A DNA stretch of 44,419 nucleotides, from NCBI RefSeq assembly GCF_001186125.1, contig NW_014040524.1, positions 165,192 to 209,610 of the forward strand, written 5' to 3'. Each line of letters begins with the position of its first letter. Within the stretch, counting starts at the first letter, position 1. Under the pieces are notes generated by a model. The model was not told where the DNA came from and searched no databases. It was given only the letters and a program-made list of their open reading frames with translations. Shown piece by piece: positions 12,528 to 25,339 of this stretch. Made by a program: the position numbers and the translations under genes. The DNA comes from Sphaeroforma arctica JP610. Lineage: Eukaryota.

Positions 12528-13716
12528 ATTGGATGTGATGTACAACACTTCAAATACTGTACATACAAAGCTGTGTGATTGTCAGACATGAAGTTAACAT
12601 TTACCAACAACCAAGTTACTAACTCGTAAATATTTTTTACTTTTACATATTTTTTACTTTTACTTTTCTTTTTTTTCTAAATACAGACCAAGAGCCTAGT
12701 AGAGGCAAGAGGATATTTTGTTTTTGTTTTGTTATTTTATTTTTTTTAACTCCCCATCCATAGACTAAGGGGACTCGATTTTAAAGAACCAAACCTAATT
12801 CACTATATCCGGTTTTGGATATAGTCCCAATTTTATTTTCTAGACTTTTTCTATAAACATTTCAAAATAATTTTGCGACGGAGCCAAGTTGATAGCTCTA
12901 CTGGTTCATACAGTGATGTATCGATTCATGAACAGGATTGTTCGACCATGTCAAATCTTGGATTTCCATGTCGCTTATTAGCAGTTTGAACCTTCTAAGG
13001 GTTCTAATAAGTATTTTTAGTTCAGAAATCATCTTTGTGGTATAGAAGGCTTATTTTGCTTGCTCAAAATCACCATTTACGTGCATGCGTGTCCATCACT
13101 GACATCCATTTGGTGTGCATATTCAATTATATGTCTTCAATATGATTTTCAGACCTTCGTTATATCTATATAGGTATAATTAAACCATAGTAATGTTATT
13201 GTAATCGTTTGTAAGTGAATAAGTAGTGAATTTTGGCAAAAAAAAAAAGTTCAGGAAATGAGATTCAGCGTGCAATCGATGGCATGGCACATCAAAATTC
13301 GTAAACACATTTTTCTCGATTTTAGCAGCTGTAGCTTGCATTACGGTTTTAAGAATGCATATACGATATTGTTTTGACAATAATTGTACGTGACAACTTT
13401 GAAACTTTACTAATTATGCATATCCAGACCCAATAATCGCGTTTTGGAGGTTTCCGATGTAGTGTTAGACGACTCCTAGCGTAGAAGGTGTGTTCTACTT
13501 GTACTACGACCATGGCGCCTTCACATATCATTTACGAAATACTTAATCTTGAAATATGCCGAAAAAATATTGGGAATAAATTGAAGTCCAGGTTTAGTAA
13601 ATCAGGAACGCTTCTTTATTTTTGGCCCTGTTTTATTTTCTTAGTACATGGATGGGGTGTTAAAAACCCGCCAAATTTTCTATTGCCAAACACGGCTGTT
13701 TTCAGGTCGCTATTGC

Positions 13717-13727
13717 AAAAAGAAAAA
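13717..13727 (-). terminator. Pol III oligo-T terminator of the tRNA
   Basis: TTTTTCTTTTT lies a few nt downstream of the discriminator base on the minus strand. Confidence 0.7.
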
Positions 13728-13732
13728 GGGGT

Positions 13733-13805
13733 TTGCCCTTTGCGGATTCGAACCGCAGGTCTTGTCCTTAGGAGGGACACGTGTTAACCACTTCACTAAA
13801 GGGCA
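13733..13805 (-). tRNA. tRNA-Arg (anticodon CCT), intronless
   Basis: The reverse complement folds as TGCCCTT TA GTGAAGTGGTTAACAC G TGTCC-CT CCT AA-GGACA AGACC TGCGG-TTCGAAT-CCGCA AAGGGCA A, with a fully paired 7-bp acceptor, 5-bp anticodon and 5-bp T stems, followed by T-runs. Confidence 0.93.
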
Positions 13806-14691
13806 CGGAAGTTTTTGTGTATCTATAAATTATATTGTATATATTGTATCTGAACCCAGCTTTATGTATATTCTTTTGTATGTATTCTATCTTAACCATA
13901 ATGTGTTGATCCACGGGTACGATTCTCAATGTACGCATGCGAATGATAAAAACTTAGTTCGATGGGGTCGCGAGTATTCTATTTACATTTGTTTCTACCA
14001 ACGCATATGCTGGTAACATAAATATCTCGATTTTCCTTTACAGGCGAGGTACTCAAGTACGATCTCATTAACCTAACATATCCCTCTCTTACGCCTGATA
14101 AACTATGGAACCGTACCTCGAACATTATGCATACATCATTTGGCTATTGACCTCCTCATGCAGAAGCCATAATCGTCTGTTGTGTTACATAGGGTTCAAA
14201 GTAAAAACAAATTATAGCCATATTTCATATTTAAAACCGCCTTGAACTTCGATTTTCCTGTGATATATATTTGAAAGGCCTTTAGTGGATCGTCATTCTA
14301 AGTTATACCATGGCTTCCTGAGCCAGTACCAGGCGGTTTGTGACTCTTTCAAAATCTCTTCGCAGTCCATATCAGCATCAGTTGAACTAATGATCGATAG
14401 CTAAAATTAGCGTCCTGCAACGGTCACTGTCGTCAATCTTATTTTACTTCGCCCTGGCTGCTGTCTTTGTGTGCAACCTAGTTGCCGATCTACCTCGCTA
14501 TCAATCTTTGTTGTTGATCAGAAACGTGTTCGCAAGACCAAATCTAATTATACTGATAAAACCTTTCTGGCAATGATTAGGCTCGTATTCTATATGTTAC
14601 GGCATGCGGCCAGATCTGCTGCAAAAAAATGGAATAACACCTTTATTGTAAGGTAACTTTTAACTGAAAGGTTATTCGAGATGTGTTGTAT

Positions 14692-15160
14692 TACGCAAAT
14701 TTATCTCATGCGCGTTAACCACCAATAGCACATGGCTCAGGAGTGATCATGTCACTCAGCCTAAAGGTCTGCGATACTCCATGTCATGGTGTATTTCACA
14801 ATGTCAAACTGGTACACAAGACAAATCTCATCTACTGATGCCTTAAAAATTGATGCTTGTGATACTGCACTGTGATCTCATGTGCAATTTTACCACAGCG
14901 GATCCGCAGAACGTTAAATCCTTGAACATAAGAAAAATTGTGTTGTAAATCTCATGTCTAGGTGATCTCCTAAATACCCACTTGGCCAATGTAAGATTGC
15001 CAATGAGACATTGGTAATACGCAAATTAATCTCGTGCACGTTGATCTCCAATCGCACATGACTCAGATGTGTTAATGTCAATCAGCCTTAAGTTATGTGA
15101 TGTTCCATGTACTGGTGTATTTCACAAAGTCAACCTGGCACACCAGACAAATCCCGTCCA
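14692..15160. repeat. Diverged ~140-bp direct duplication (14692-14832 and 15018-15160), possibly a decayed leucine-rich-repeat coding remnant on the minus strand
   Basis: TACGCAAAT.ATCTC.TGC.CGTT...TGGTGTATTTCACAA.GTCAA.CTGG.ACAC.AGACAAATC occurs twice. The minus strand gives (A/V)HEINLR.T fragments broken by stops. Confidence 0.6.
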
Positions 15161-16599
15161 TTGACGTTTACATTCGGATGTGATAACTATCATCAGTCCA
15201 TTTGTTGTATCAGACGAGATATGTGAGCACTGCTGCGATATTCCTATACACTCGTAGTGATCGCACCAGTCACACGCGAGAGCACCCGTAACTGATAGAC
15301 AGTTAGCAGATATGGTGGCATCAGCTCAGTATGTCGCTCTGTATTGCATGTGTGAACCATTGGCATAGAATGAAGTATACTGTCCAACCCGAAACAACCG
15401 TTCAAGATTTTTTTTACTACGTATTACACACATGTACGCGAGATGAGATAGGTAAACATATACCACAAACTAGCATTCCTAATATCAGCGTCATAATCTG
15501 CTATTCTAGTCTCTCGTATAACATACATGCTTGTCGACATGCGACCTTTCTGCTTACTGTGCGTATCTTACACCATTGAAACATTAACGATAAATAGTTA
15601 TTCTCGAAACACTTTCTGTTAGTTTGTAATTCTTTTGACGGTATTAAACAAACCAACAGATGTGTTGGTTTCCATTCGTCGATTGTATTTAGTTTAATAC
15701 TATATAAGGTTCAATATATCGGTTTGATAGCTTTGACATAGGCGGTGATCCTCACATTGCTAGAAGATACACATATTTGCCTTATTTATTTTTTAAGAAA
15801 GCAATATTTTACCTTTTATTCCACCTTCCTTTAAGCTTGTGAATGTATCCATCTCGACCTTTGCTATATCTGGACAGACTTTAGTCATAAGTCTTTGTTG
15901 CTGAATTGTACAATCCAATACAGAGTTTTGCTTATTTGGATTGACTAACCTAGTAAATAAGAATATCAACCCTAATAACATATATATGGTCGAGTCTTCG
16001 TCCAAGCAGATTGCTTACAATTCATTTGGAATAGAACTGTACTTAAAACGCTCACACCACCTATCATAATAACTCTCACACTCTATCTTGAGTTGTCAAT
16101 TCAGCTCTTTATGTCTGACTTAATCATATCCCGAGTTTGAGGCTTACATGATAGTCTAAGAATCTAAATATATCCTGTTAAGATAAAGCTTCGCGCGAAG
16201 GTACATTGGCAGAACTCAATTTCGCCGGTTAACCAACGAACATCATGAGATCGAAGGAACCATGCTATCTCATTGGACTCAGTGGTAAGACTTCGAATAA
16301 CAGTTTTTCAACGCTCTCCCTCCGTACAGAGGAAGACGTTGTTCTTTTGTTAGTAATCAATCCTAAACTACAGAATCTAGTTACCTATGAGCCATGTGCC
16401 AATCTGAACATTGATCGGTGCAAACTGAATTTACAGATTCTGATATTATAAACTTGAACAAAACAAACCAATATAAATTAATAAACCCTCTCTGAGTGTA
16501 TTCTGACCACAACACTGCCTACTAGTGTGCCAGCTTTAGCAATAAGGAAAGGAATACTTAGACCCGGACCGGTACCCAGGCATTTATCATCTGAGAGCT

Positions 16600-17340
16600 A
16601 AAGCAGTGTGCTGGCGTTTAACCTCAGAGAGCTAGAGGACCCGAAGTATACTTTTCGAGAGGACCGTCGTTCATAACAAATATATGTTCTAAGTACATGT
16701 AAAAGTACAAATCTGATCGCGGCGTCGTTTACGCGTGCGTGTCTGCGAGTCCTTGTGCTAGGCGACAATGTCGTTGGGATCGCTAAAGGCCTCGACTGTC
16801 TCCCACGTTGGGTCGCCTTCGCGCCATCGCACCAAATATTCCAGTTTGCCTGTCTCATCGTTGTGCGAAGTTTGATAATGTATCGGAACTCAACTCCTCC
16901 TTCGTCCCCCGATGTGTCGTCGAGTGGCGGGTCTGTAATACGGTGTACTAACCGGATGAGTTCGACACGGACTGGCTTGCTTTTTAAGTCTGATGGGGCT
17001 GACCCGTCTTTGTTCGCTATCTGATAGCGTTGTCCGATTCTAGTCTTAGTAGCATACGGACCAAAGAGTAGACATATTGCCTTCGTCGTTCTGCCTTCAG
17101 AGCGCACTATCACCACATCGCCTTCATCGAAGTGTACCAAGTCATGGCTATGGGGACGATCGAAGGTCTTCGTTAGCCTACCCGGATATTTCTTGGCAAT
17201 ATGGTGAAGCGTTGGTAAGATGGTATCCTTCATCTGATCCAATCGTTGAGCCCAAGTGTCACTGATCACTGGTTGTAATTAAGGTGTTTCATGGGTAAAG
17301 TCGGCGAACGGAACGTGTCTACGTTCAAAATACACACTAA
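16600..17340 (-). mobile_element. Ty3/gypsy 3' remnant: integrase C-terminus with GPY motif and chromodomain
   Basis: FDEGDVVIVR...FGPY is followed, after a frameshift, by HNDETGKLEYLVRWREGDPTWETVEAFSDP (~16775-16865), a chromodomain signature. Confidence 0.8.
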
Positions 17341-20300
17341 AAGGTGCACTTTTGTGTCTGCGTGTAGCATCCAAGGGCCAGACTATCAAAAAGGCCAATC
17401 CTAAACTCAAACCCCAGGATTATCAAATACTGAGTTTTGGATCTAGGATCCAATATTTCTGATGATAGAGTGATCAGAAATATAGCGAGAATACCGGTAG
17501 ATGATACCGTGACTCCCGCGTGTGAGAGAAACACTTAAGTAAATATTGAGTCTAGTGTAGAAATTACTAAACACAATAAAGACTCAATGCGAGTCCCTCA
17601 GCCTAGGACTTTTACCTAGCTGTAGGATTCGCACTTGAGAAGAGGTCTATTGTTTCCTTTGGTCGTATCCTTTCAGTACTCTCAAACTCTACATTTTTAA
17701 CAATATTCTTACTACGGTAAGTCAAACAACAGGGATAATAACCTGTTGAGCTGGTAGAAACATTATATCAAAAACAAGAATAAGATAGCAACAGCTCGAG
17801 AATTATTATAGAGACTGAGTCACAACGGGAGGACGAGAAGATACTACTCTACAGTGGGAAGAGAGCTGTCTAACACAGGAAACAGCCGCGCACAAACTCA
17901 GAAGAAGCAACCAACTAAGAATACTTAGTGGAAAAGCAGAAGAGTAGAGAAGAAACAGGAACCTCTCGAGAACAAAACAAGTCTGACAAACCATGTACGC
18001 AGTAAGTGTTTTTAACCCTCAGGTGACTCCAAGGTAAGTTCACCTGAGAAATACACGTACAAAAATATCAGACCTGTCAAGTTGATAACTTTATCAATGT
18101 TGAAGAAGAAAAAAGACAATTTTAGAAAAGTGTCAAGGTGATAACTTCTTTTATTGTGGTAGGCCAAAACATAGTAGTACCTAAACAACGAACAAGGTGC
18201 ATAATTAGCCCAACACAATGAGCCCAACAGGGTGCAATAAGTACTAAACAAAACAACGGGATTCACGCCACACAAAACACGATACACCCGAACTCGCACT
18301 GGGGCCATTCACAAGTTAGTCCTTATTTATAGACATTGAAATGTTAAATTTAATAACATCACCCAGAAGTGAAATCTCCTATAGAAGCTCAAGGATCTTC
18401 GTAAGAAGATTTAGTAAGTCGTTTTCTAAGAACAGTTACATAAGCCTTCCACGCCAACAGAAGCTGGCAAATGAACAACATAGGCCATACAATTAAATGA
18501 AAGTAAACGAAACATGAGAATACTCGATAACATTGAGTGAATTAGACGTACAACTTCAAATTAGGCATAGAATGGCACAAAATCCAAACAAAATACATAG
18601 TCCGTAGAACTCAAACTAGTAATGCAAACCGCGGAAGTTACTGAACGCACGAGTACACACAAGATCACTGAGGGAAACAACCACAGAGGCAATCGGGCTA
18701 GAAATCAGTAAAGAAGAATTGAGGCACAAACATTCAACTCAACGTTCCATTAACAAGTCAATAAGATTATCACATCCACACCCATTACACAAACAAATCG
18801 CTATAACTCAACAAAATAAGAACCCTAGGCAAAACGGATCCTCAACAAAGAGAAATCAGACAAGTAACTCACAATCTCGAATGAAATCAGACAAGAGTTC
18901 TATAGCCACCTTCAATATAGTTGCATCTATCAATATATTAACTTAATGGGAATACAGAAGACAACACATAGGGATATTGAGCTCCACAGTACGCCCACGA
19001 TAAGACTTGTAAGCGTGCAATGTAGTAGACTTTTTAAATAAAGTGCAAATGTATGTAAAGTATGGTGCATGCGAATAAAACTTATTTATGATCTCACCCT
19101 CAGTTATATACTGATGGTGTTTGTACTAGTGTTCAACCACTTGGGTTGGCCAGGGTAAAAACTCATATGATCAGTATGAGAAACCTTATGCAGAACACTT
19201 TAGCACTCGAATATATTTCCCAGAAATAAATATATCATATTCTCTGTTACAGCACTCAGTCTCGGACATCGGCTCTCGGCTAGCCGGTGGCCCGTATTCT
19301 ATAAATAGAATAATCTGAGAAGAAGTATCAAAATACTCTTACGTTCTCTCGGGCTGACCCACCAATACTTTTATTAATTTGAGAACAAGTTCTAAATTGC
19401 TCTCGGGCTGACGACGTAAAACGTTATTAACGTATATAGAAATACGTCTTCTACTGTAGTCTCTCAAGACTTGTGTAATAAATCGCTACTGGGATCCAAA
19501 ATACATGGACATTGGAATAGATAGGACCTCTCATTGAGAACCATTTACCAGAGATCTTATAAACAAGACACATTGTGAAATGCTTTACATCGTGATCGAA
19601 ACAAGAAAAACACCATCTCTTTAAATCGGAACAATACATTCTACACAAACGTATATGCGAACATCAACCCGTGTACAAGAATACTTGACACAATAATAAA
19701 TACGTACATTTAACTAATGCACAAGAGTACTTGAAGCACAATAATAAGAACTTCACGTGCACATACAGTCACGCACACCTCTACCTAAACCAAGGGAGTT
19801 GGATGACATAACCGACACCAAGAAAGACTCCAGGTGCACACACAGACAAGAAGTATCTATCTCACTAAGTCAAAAACAGTTAATGTAACGTAGCTCACAA
19901 TAAACAGAACTTAAAGTGCATACAATACCATAACCCCCACACAACTACCTAAATCAAGGAAGTTCGGTACACCCACAAACCAAAACGATACACAAGTATC
20001 ACAATAAGGTGACATATACACCACAAGGGGACAAATAAGATACATATACACAAGGAGTTCGGTACAGTGACAAAAGTCACTACCACATTGTCACACATTT
20101 TTACAAATTAAAGTTTTATAAATTAAAATAATAAAAACCATAAACCAAAAAGTCTCACATACAACAAACTGAGTGCACACGAGAAGCCAGGTTTATTTCA
20201 AATACACAAATAAACCTAGATAAACCCAGGTTTATCCACTTAAACAAAAAACTCACAATATAAACCCAGGTATTGCAAAGAACGCTGAGTTGAGCAGACC

Positions 20301-20649
20301 AGAGACAAGCTACTACACACGTCTTCACTACGTGACACTACAAGGAAGCACAAACAAAGGTAATCAATCGAATTTACTAAAACTGACGTAGGCACATAAG
20401 AGCCACTTGTACTCAGTAGTATACACAGTCTGGCATAACAACAAATGTTACACACACAGCACTGTCAATGACTTCTGCTCCATATCAGAGGACACGTGTA
20501 GCACGACGAAGCCTACGCACACAAGTGATCTCAAGCAGAACACAGACCAGAGGCAATACGAGTCGTACGACCAGGACACGTCCAGAAACAGCAACCACAA
20601 TGCCAGTTTCGCAAGCATCGTCACGCACCTCTACCCCACACAATGGGGA

Positions 20650-21870
20650 TAGAGCGATGCACATGGACGATGAGTCCACACCAGCACGAGCTCCAATGGA
20701 TCCAGCAATGAGTAAGTACAACATAGTCTTGGACAAGATCATCTATGAGAGCAACTACTACATTATAGACATACTAGTAGACAAGTTGTATTGACATTAG
20801 AGCGTTTCACAAATTGCGCAAAGCAGTTCATGAACAACAACCAAAGCGATTAGTTCCAGTAATAGACGAGTGAGTTCCCTAAGTGGCCAGCAGACAAATA
20901 TGTCAGTATGGCTGATTGTCGTGATACAATTGAGTTTGTATCTGTAGCCAAAGACTTGTTTGCGGGCACAAACATGCCATTGATACAGTACCTCTCACTA
21001 GTACAAGAGCTGCTCTGACAGACAGATGCAACCGAAGTTTCGCGCACTGCACTCAACAATATACGTAGTACCAAAAAGCTTTGGCAAGACTTCACTGATG
21101 TGGAGGACTACAACATATTAATCATTGACAATCTACGTCGCATTCCAGTAGACTATCTACTAGAGAAACGGCTCAGCGACTTCTATGACACTCGTATAAT
21201 TGTCGAAGTACGGGCAGCACGGTTGCGTCGCACAATGTTTGAGTTGGAGAAGCGCTACAAGGGCACGGAGAGAGAGGCTATCAATTGGCAACTCCTCAAA
21301 GCATCACGTTACCAAGTATTAGTCATGTATGGTTTACAAGCAGAAACAGACAAAATGATCAAGGCCCAGACAAAACCAGACGGTAGTAGTGGACATTTAT
21401 CTGACATCTCAGAGAAAGTATTTCAAGATCTCACCGAAGACATGATCAGACAGGCAACCAAAACACAAGCCAAATCGCAAGCGTGAAGCCAAACGAGCGA
21501 AAAACACACATGCTCATGAACCGCGAGCTACTCGCCCAAGACTGGACATCCCTATAGGGGGTCCACCCAGAGGGGGGGGGGGCACCAAGAGGTGGAGGTC
21601 CACCAAGGGGTGGAGGTCCACCAGGAGGGCAAGGCAGAGGTCGTCCCGGAGGACAGGCCACTGACACTCCAGCACCACGAGGACCACGACCCTGCCCACA
21701 CTGTGGGATAAACCCCTCACCACATGCGTTCAGCAAGTGCCCCAACAAAGCGGCAAACAACCGTCGAAAGGCAGAAGCACGTGAAGCGCAACAGAACCAA
21801 ACCGTCCATGTTGACCAGTTAGCCATTACCAATGGCAATAAGGTGCAAGAGATGGATGAAGATCTATGAA
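20650..21870 (+). pseudogene. gag of element A (frameshifted)
   Basis: Broken ORFs directly upstream of the protease, ending in a GGPP/RGG tract and a CCHC-type knuckle. Confidence 0.65.
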
Positions 21871-21893
21871 AGGCTTGATGGTCGGAGGCTAAC

Positions 21894-23730
21894 ATGATAA
21901 ACATAGTAGACATTGTGAATGCACACACTGATGAAGAAACGTTGTTAATAAATGCGAATGATATTGATTACACACCCATTTCTTTACTTCCGAATCCATG
22001 CGACCAAAGATTGCACATAGACATACAAATCAATGGCACCACATACAATGCACTAGTGGATTCAGGGGCACAACGCTCTTGTATGGACCGAAGTGTAGTG
22101 ACTGAACTATACCTATCTGTAAAGGCACAACCCGGATACATTCAACTCGCACAATCAGATGCAAGAGTACAACGCACAGGCTTCACAGAAGTATGTGATA
22201 TAAATTACGGAGGCAGAAAAACCTCAAACTGTTTCGAGGTACTTGACCTCTCAGACAAGAAATCACGGAAGGGACATTCTACCGTTCTTGGGCATATACT
22301 TAGCAGGGATAATCAATCCACTAATACCAACAGATGCCAAATGCGAATCACTTCTTACACCACATGAAGACCCTGAACATGAACAGGAAGGATTCAGATA
22401 TTCACTCTCAGACTTGTTAGAACAAAATGGGCAAATCCCACCCACGAGATATCAAGTCAAGGGGTTAAAGCAAAAAACAGTGAACTTTGTTTCACACAAA
22501 CACATACCACAAACAGATGAAAGCGTTCAGAAATGGGTCAAAGATGGACACATATACAAAAGAACAACATCCACACAGGTGAACCTGTCACTACTGTCCA
22601 CAGGAGAATACAGACAGGTCTGATAAAAAAGATCCGCACATGTTTAGATTTACGAGAAGGAAACTATCAACACGAACAAGACAAATTCGTTTTACCAAAG
22701 ATAAAAAGAAGTACTCCACAATCTACAAGGTAGGTGCACAATTCTTCTCCAAACTGGACTTAACAGGATGCTTCCACCACTTCAAAGTACATTGAAAATA
22801 GCCAACACTTCTTCACATTTTCATGGATAGGGGCGCAATACTCATTCAAGTCAACTCCATTTGGACTGCACTCGCTAACAGCACAATTCCAAAGAGTGAT
22901 GGTCAACCTCCTCATTGACATTAAAGGAGTACAAGTATATGTAGACGACATAGTCATCGCTAGTATGACAGAAGAAAAACACAGACACGCAGTACTCGAA
23001 GTCATCAAAAGACTTAATGCCGCCAACTTCAAGCTAAATCACAACAAGTGTGCGTTTGCAGTCAAGACAGTCAATATATTAGGCGTCAAAGTGACTACTC
23101 AAGGGCTCAAAACAGACCCAGAGAAACATAAACGCATGATTGACTGACCCTTACCAAGAACCAAACGTGACTTACATAGAGCAGTCGGTCTAACAAATTA
23201 CATGCGAGACCACATACATCAGTTTGAACACATAACAAAACACTTCCGCAATCTCATGAAAGGCAAAATGAATCAAAATATAGCCAATCTTTGGACACCA
23301 GAACTTACCAAGAAATGGGAAGAACTCAAAGATGCTATTGGATGCTCAGCAACTTTGGCGTACCCAGTAGATGGAGTTCCATTTCAGATCATGAATGATG
23401 CAAGTGATTATGGCATAGGAGGATGTCTGTTCCAAATTGTAGATGGAGTCAGAAGAGATATACTTTATTTCTCAAAAGGTCTCAACCCTGCACAACAAAA
23501 ATATGAGACAAATACTAAAGAGTTGTTAGTGCTTGTATACAGTCTAGAACATTTCTCAGAATACATCAAAGGCGGCGATATAACAACAAAGCGTTATGCC
23601 ACATGAACAAGCAGCAAACTCTGCATCCTATGCTCGCAAAATGGATAGCAAAAACATTCCATCACCACTTCACGATTATACACATGCCAGGCAAAGGGAA
23701 TGAAGTTGCTGACAGATTGTCAAGACTACA
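21894..23730 (+). pseudogene. pol of element A: aspartic protease, reverse transcriptase, RNase H
   Basis: DSGA; IRTCLDLR; FSKLDL; PFGL; YVDDIVI; KC.FA...NILG; DASDYGIGGCLFQ; SKGLNPAQQKY; KELL; NEVADRLSR. Confidence 0.9.
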
Positions 23731-23848
23731 CGAAGACACATTCAACATCAAAACATCGAATGTGTTGAAAGAAGCCAATGAGCACATACACAATGGTCAG
23801 GAATACACCGACTTAGAAACATACTTGCCCATCTTAGTGTCTGCCATT

Positions 23849-24230
23849 GACTGGAAACTACATCCGCGATAGAAGGCCTGTTTGATAAATTCACCATTGG
23901 TTTATTTGAAGCCGCACACAATGCTCAAACCGCGAAATTCTACACCAAAGAATAAACGCGCTGCTACAGAAGTGGGCAGATGAAATAAACGCATGGGCAA
24001 ATCCTCCCTGGGAACTAATACCAGACGTGTTAGGCAAAGTCATAGAGGAAGCCACAAGCATTACAATATGCGCTCCGTACTACCCAACCGCAACATGGTT
24101 CCCCAAATTCCTGTCATTACTGGAACAAGATCCAATGATAGTTGAAAACACAAACAACACGTTCTTAAAGAACGGCACAATTGCCTGTGGTAAAACACCA
24201 TGGGAGGTCACATTAGTTGTCAAAATAGGC
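23849..24230 (+). pseudogene. Phage-Dam-like N6-adenine DNA methyltransferase domain inside pol of element A
   Basis: Read across one stop and two frameshifts: DWKLHPR*.. / FDKFTIGLFEAAHNAQTAKFYTKE / NALLQKWADEINAWANPPWELIPDVLGKVIEEATSITICAPYYPTATWFPKFLSLL. This matches the Dam/DIRS-MT pattern W.(T/L)P...DLFA...N.....FYT..DAL...W.....NPP[YFW]......P....WF. Confidence 0.85.
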
Positions 24231-24329
24231 ACAAAGTCCCCATACTTTGACCAAAAACTATCGCATCCTGCAGTGAACATTGCACCCATACACATCGCGG
24301 ATGAAACCGCAGAGCTAGACACAGACACA

Positions 24330-25334
24330 TATGAAGACAGAGCCACACTCATAGCTCAATACCACACAGTGGGTCACTACACTGTCGAAGAAACAGTGAA
24401 CAAACTCATACTCGACGGCCACACATGGTTTAGACAAAAGGAACATGTCAACCAATATATTGAGGGATGTGTACCATGTCTCAAGAACAAATTCACAAGA
24501 AGGGATTCCACCCTTTACAATCAATAACCGCTGCCTTCCCGGGCGACAGGATACAAGTGGATACCATAGGTCCCTTGATAGACTCGAATAGGGGCAACAC
24601 GTACGTTCTGGTATGGTTAGATGTATATTCATCATACGCCATACTCAGACCAATGATGGACAAATCGACAGCCGCTGTTGCCCGAACACTAGTTCCAATC
24701 ATGTGTGAACATGGATTTCCACAAGTCGTACAGACGGATCAGGGCACAGAATACGTGAATGACATACTCTCAAAAATCATTGAGCAGGCACCGTCACAAC
24801 ACTTAGTGTTCAGACCGTATCAACCCAAAGTAATGGAAGCAAATGAGCGCTCGCACAGAGACCTCATCCCTTTACTATGGAAATTTGTTGAACAAAATCC
24901 AGGCAACTGGTGCTCACGCCTCCCATTTGTCCAAATGGGCCACAACCTACGTTCCTCACGCAGACACAAATCACCAAGGTTCAATGTGTATTATGGGCGA
25001 CGATAAAACCAACTCACAAATCATGACACAACGGTCAGTGCACCAGGTACAACTATACCATGGGAAACACGACTACAGAATCTGGAGGAGTCGATAAGAC
25101 CACAACTAGATGCCAATGTGGCACAATACCAAGAAAAAAATGCGCGCAGCATTTGATCGCAAAGATCAAGAGAAGTATGTACACTTGCAAGCAAGGGACA
25201 TTGTGATGGTTCGTTACTTAGGTGAAATGAATAAAATGACAGCACCATATGGAGGCCCATACAAGATAGCAAGCAAAGAGGGCAACGGATATTTCGTCCG
25301 TAACCTTAAGTGGGTACCAAAAACCAAGATATAG
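24330..25334 (+). pseudogene. DDE (rve) integrase of element A
   Basis: YHTVGH...CVPC zinc finger, then (after a frameshift) D in QVDTIG, D in QTDQGTEY and E in ANERSH, then a YGGPY motif; 3'-truncated. Confidence 0.9.
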
Positions 25335-25339
25335 ATAAG

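Larger units (their letters stand above)
20650..25334 (+). mobile_element. Decayed Ty3/gypsy retrotransposon A: gag-PR-RT-RNaseH-Dam-like MTase-integrase
   Basis: Gag with RGG-rich tract and CPHC-x6-H-x4-C knuckle (21693-21740); protease ALVDSGA (~22059); RT YVDD (22938-22949); RNase H DASDYGIGG (~23397) and PGKGNEVADRLSR; NPPW MTase (24000-24011); integrase H-x3-H...C-x2-C, IQVDTIGP, QTDQGTEY, NERSHR and GPY. Many stops and frameshifts. LTRs were not identified. Confidence 0.92.

Noticed and set aside
15793..16451. Short ORFs as genes
   Set aside because: No recognisable motifs or splice structure; probably decayed repeat DNA.
18940..19460. 5' LTR and primer-binding site of element A (TATA-like TATAAATA near 19300)
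   Set aside because: No matching second LTR and no recognisable PBS, including none complementary to the local tRNA-Arg 3' end, so the boundaries are unsupported.
20650..25334. Classifying element A as a DIRS element because of the MTase
   Set aside because: It has an aspartic protease and an HHCC/DDE/GPY integrase, and no tyrosine recombinase motifs were seen.
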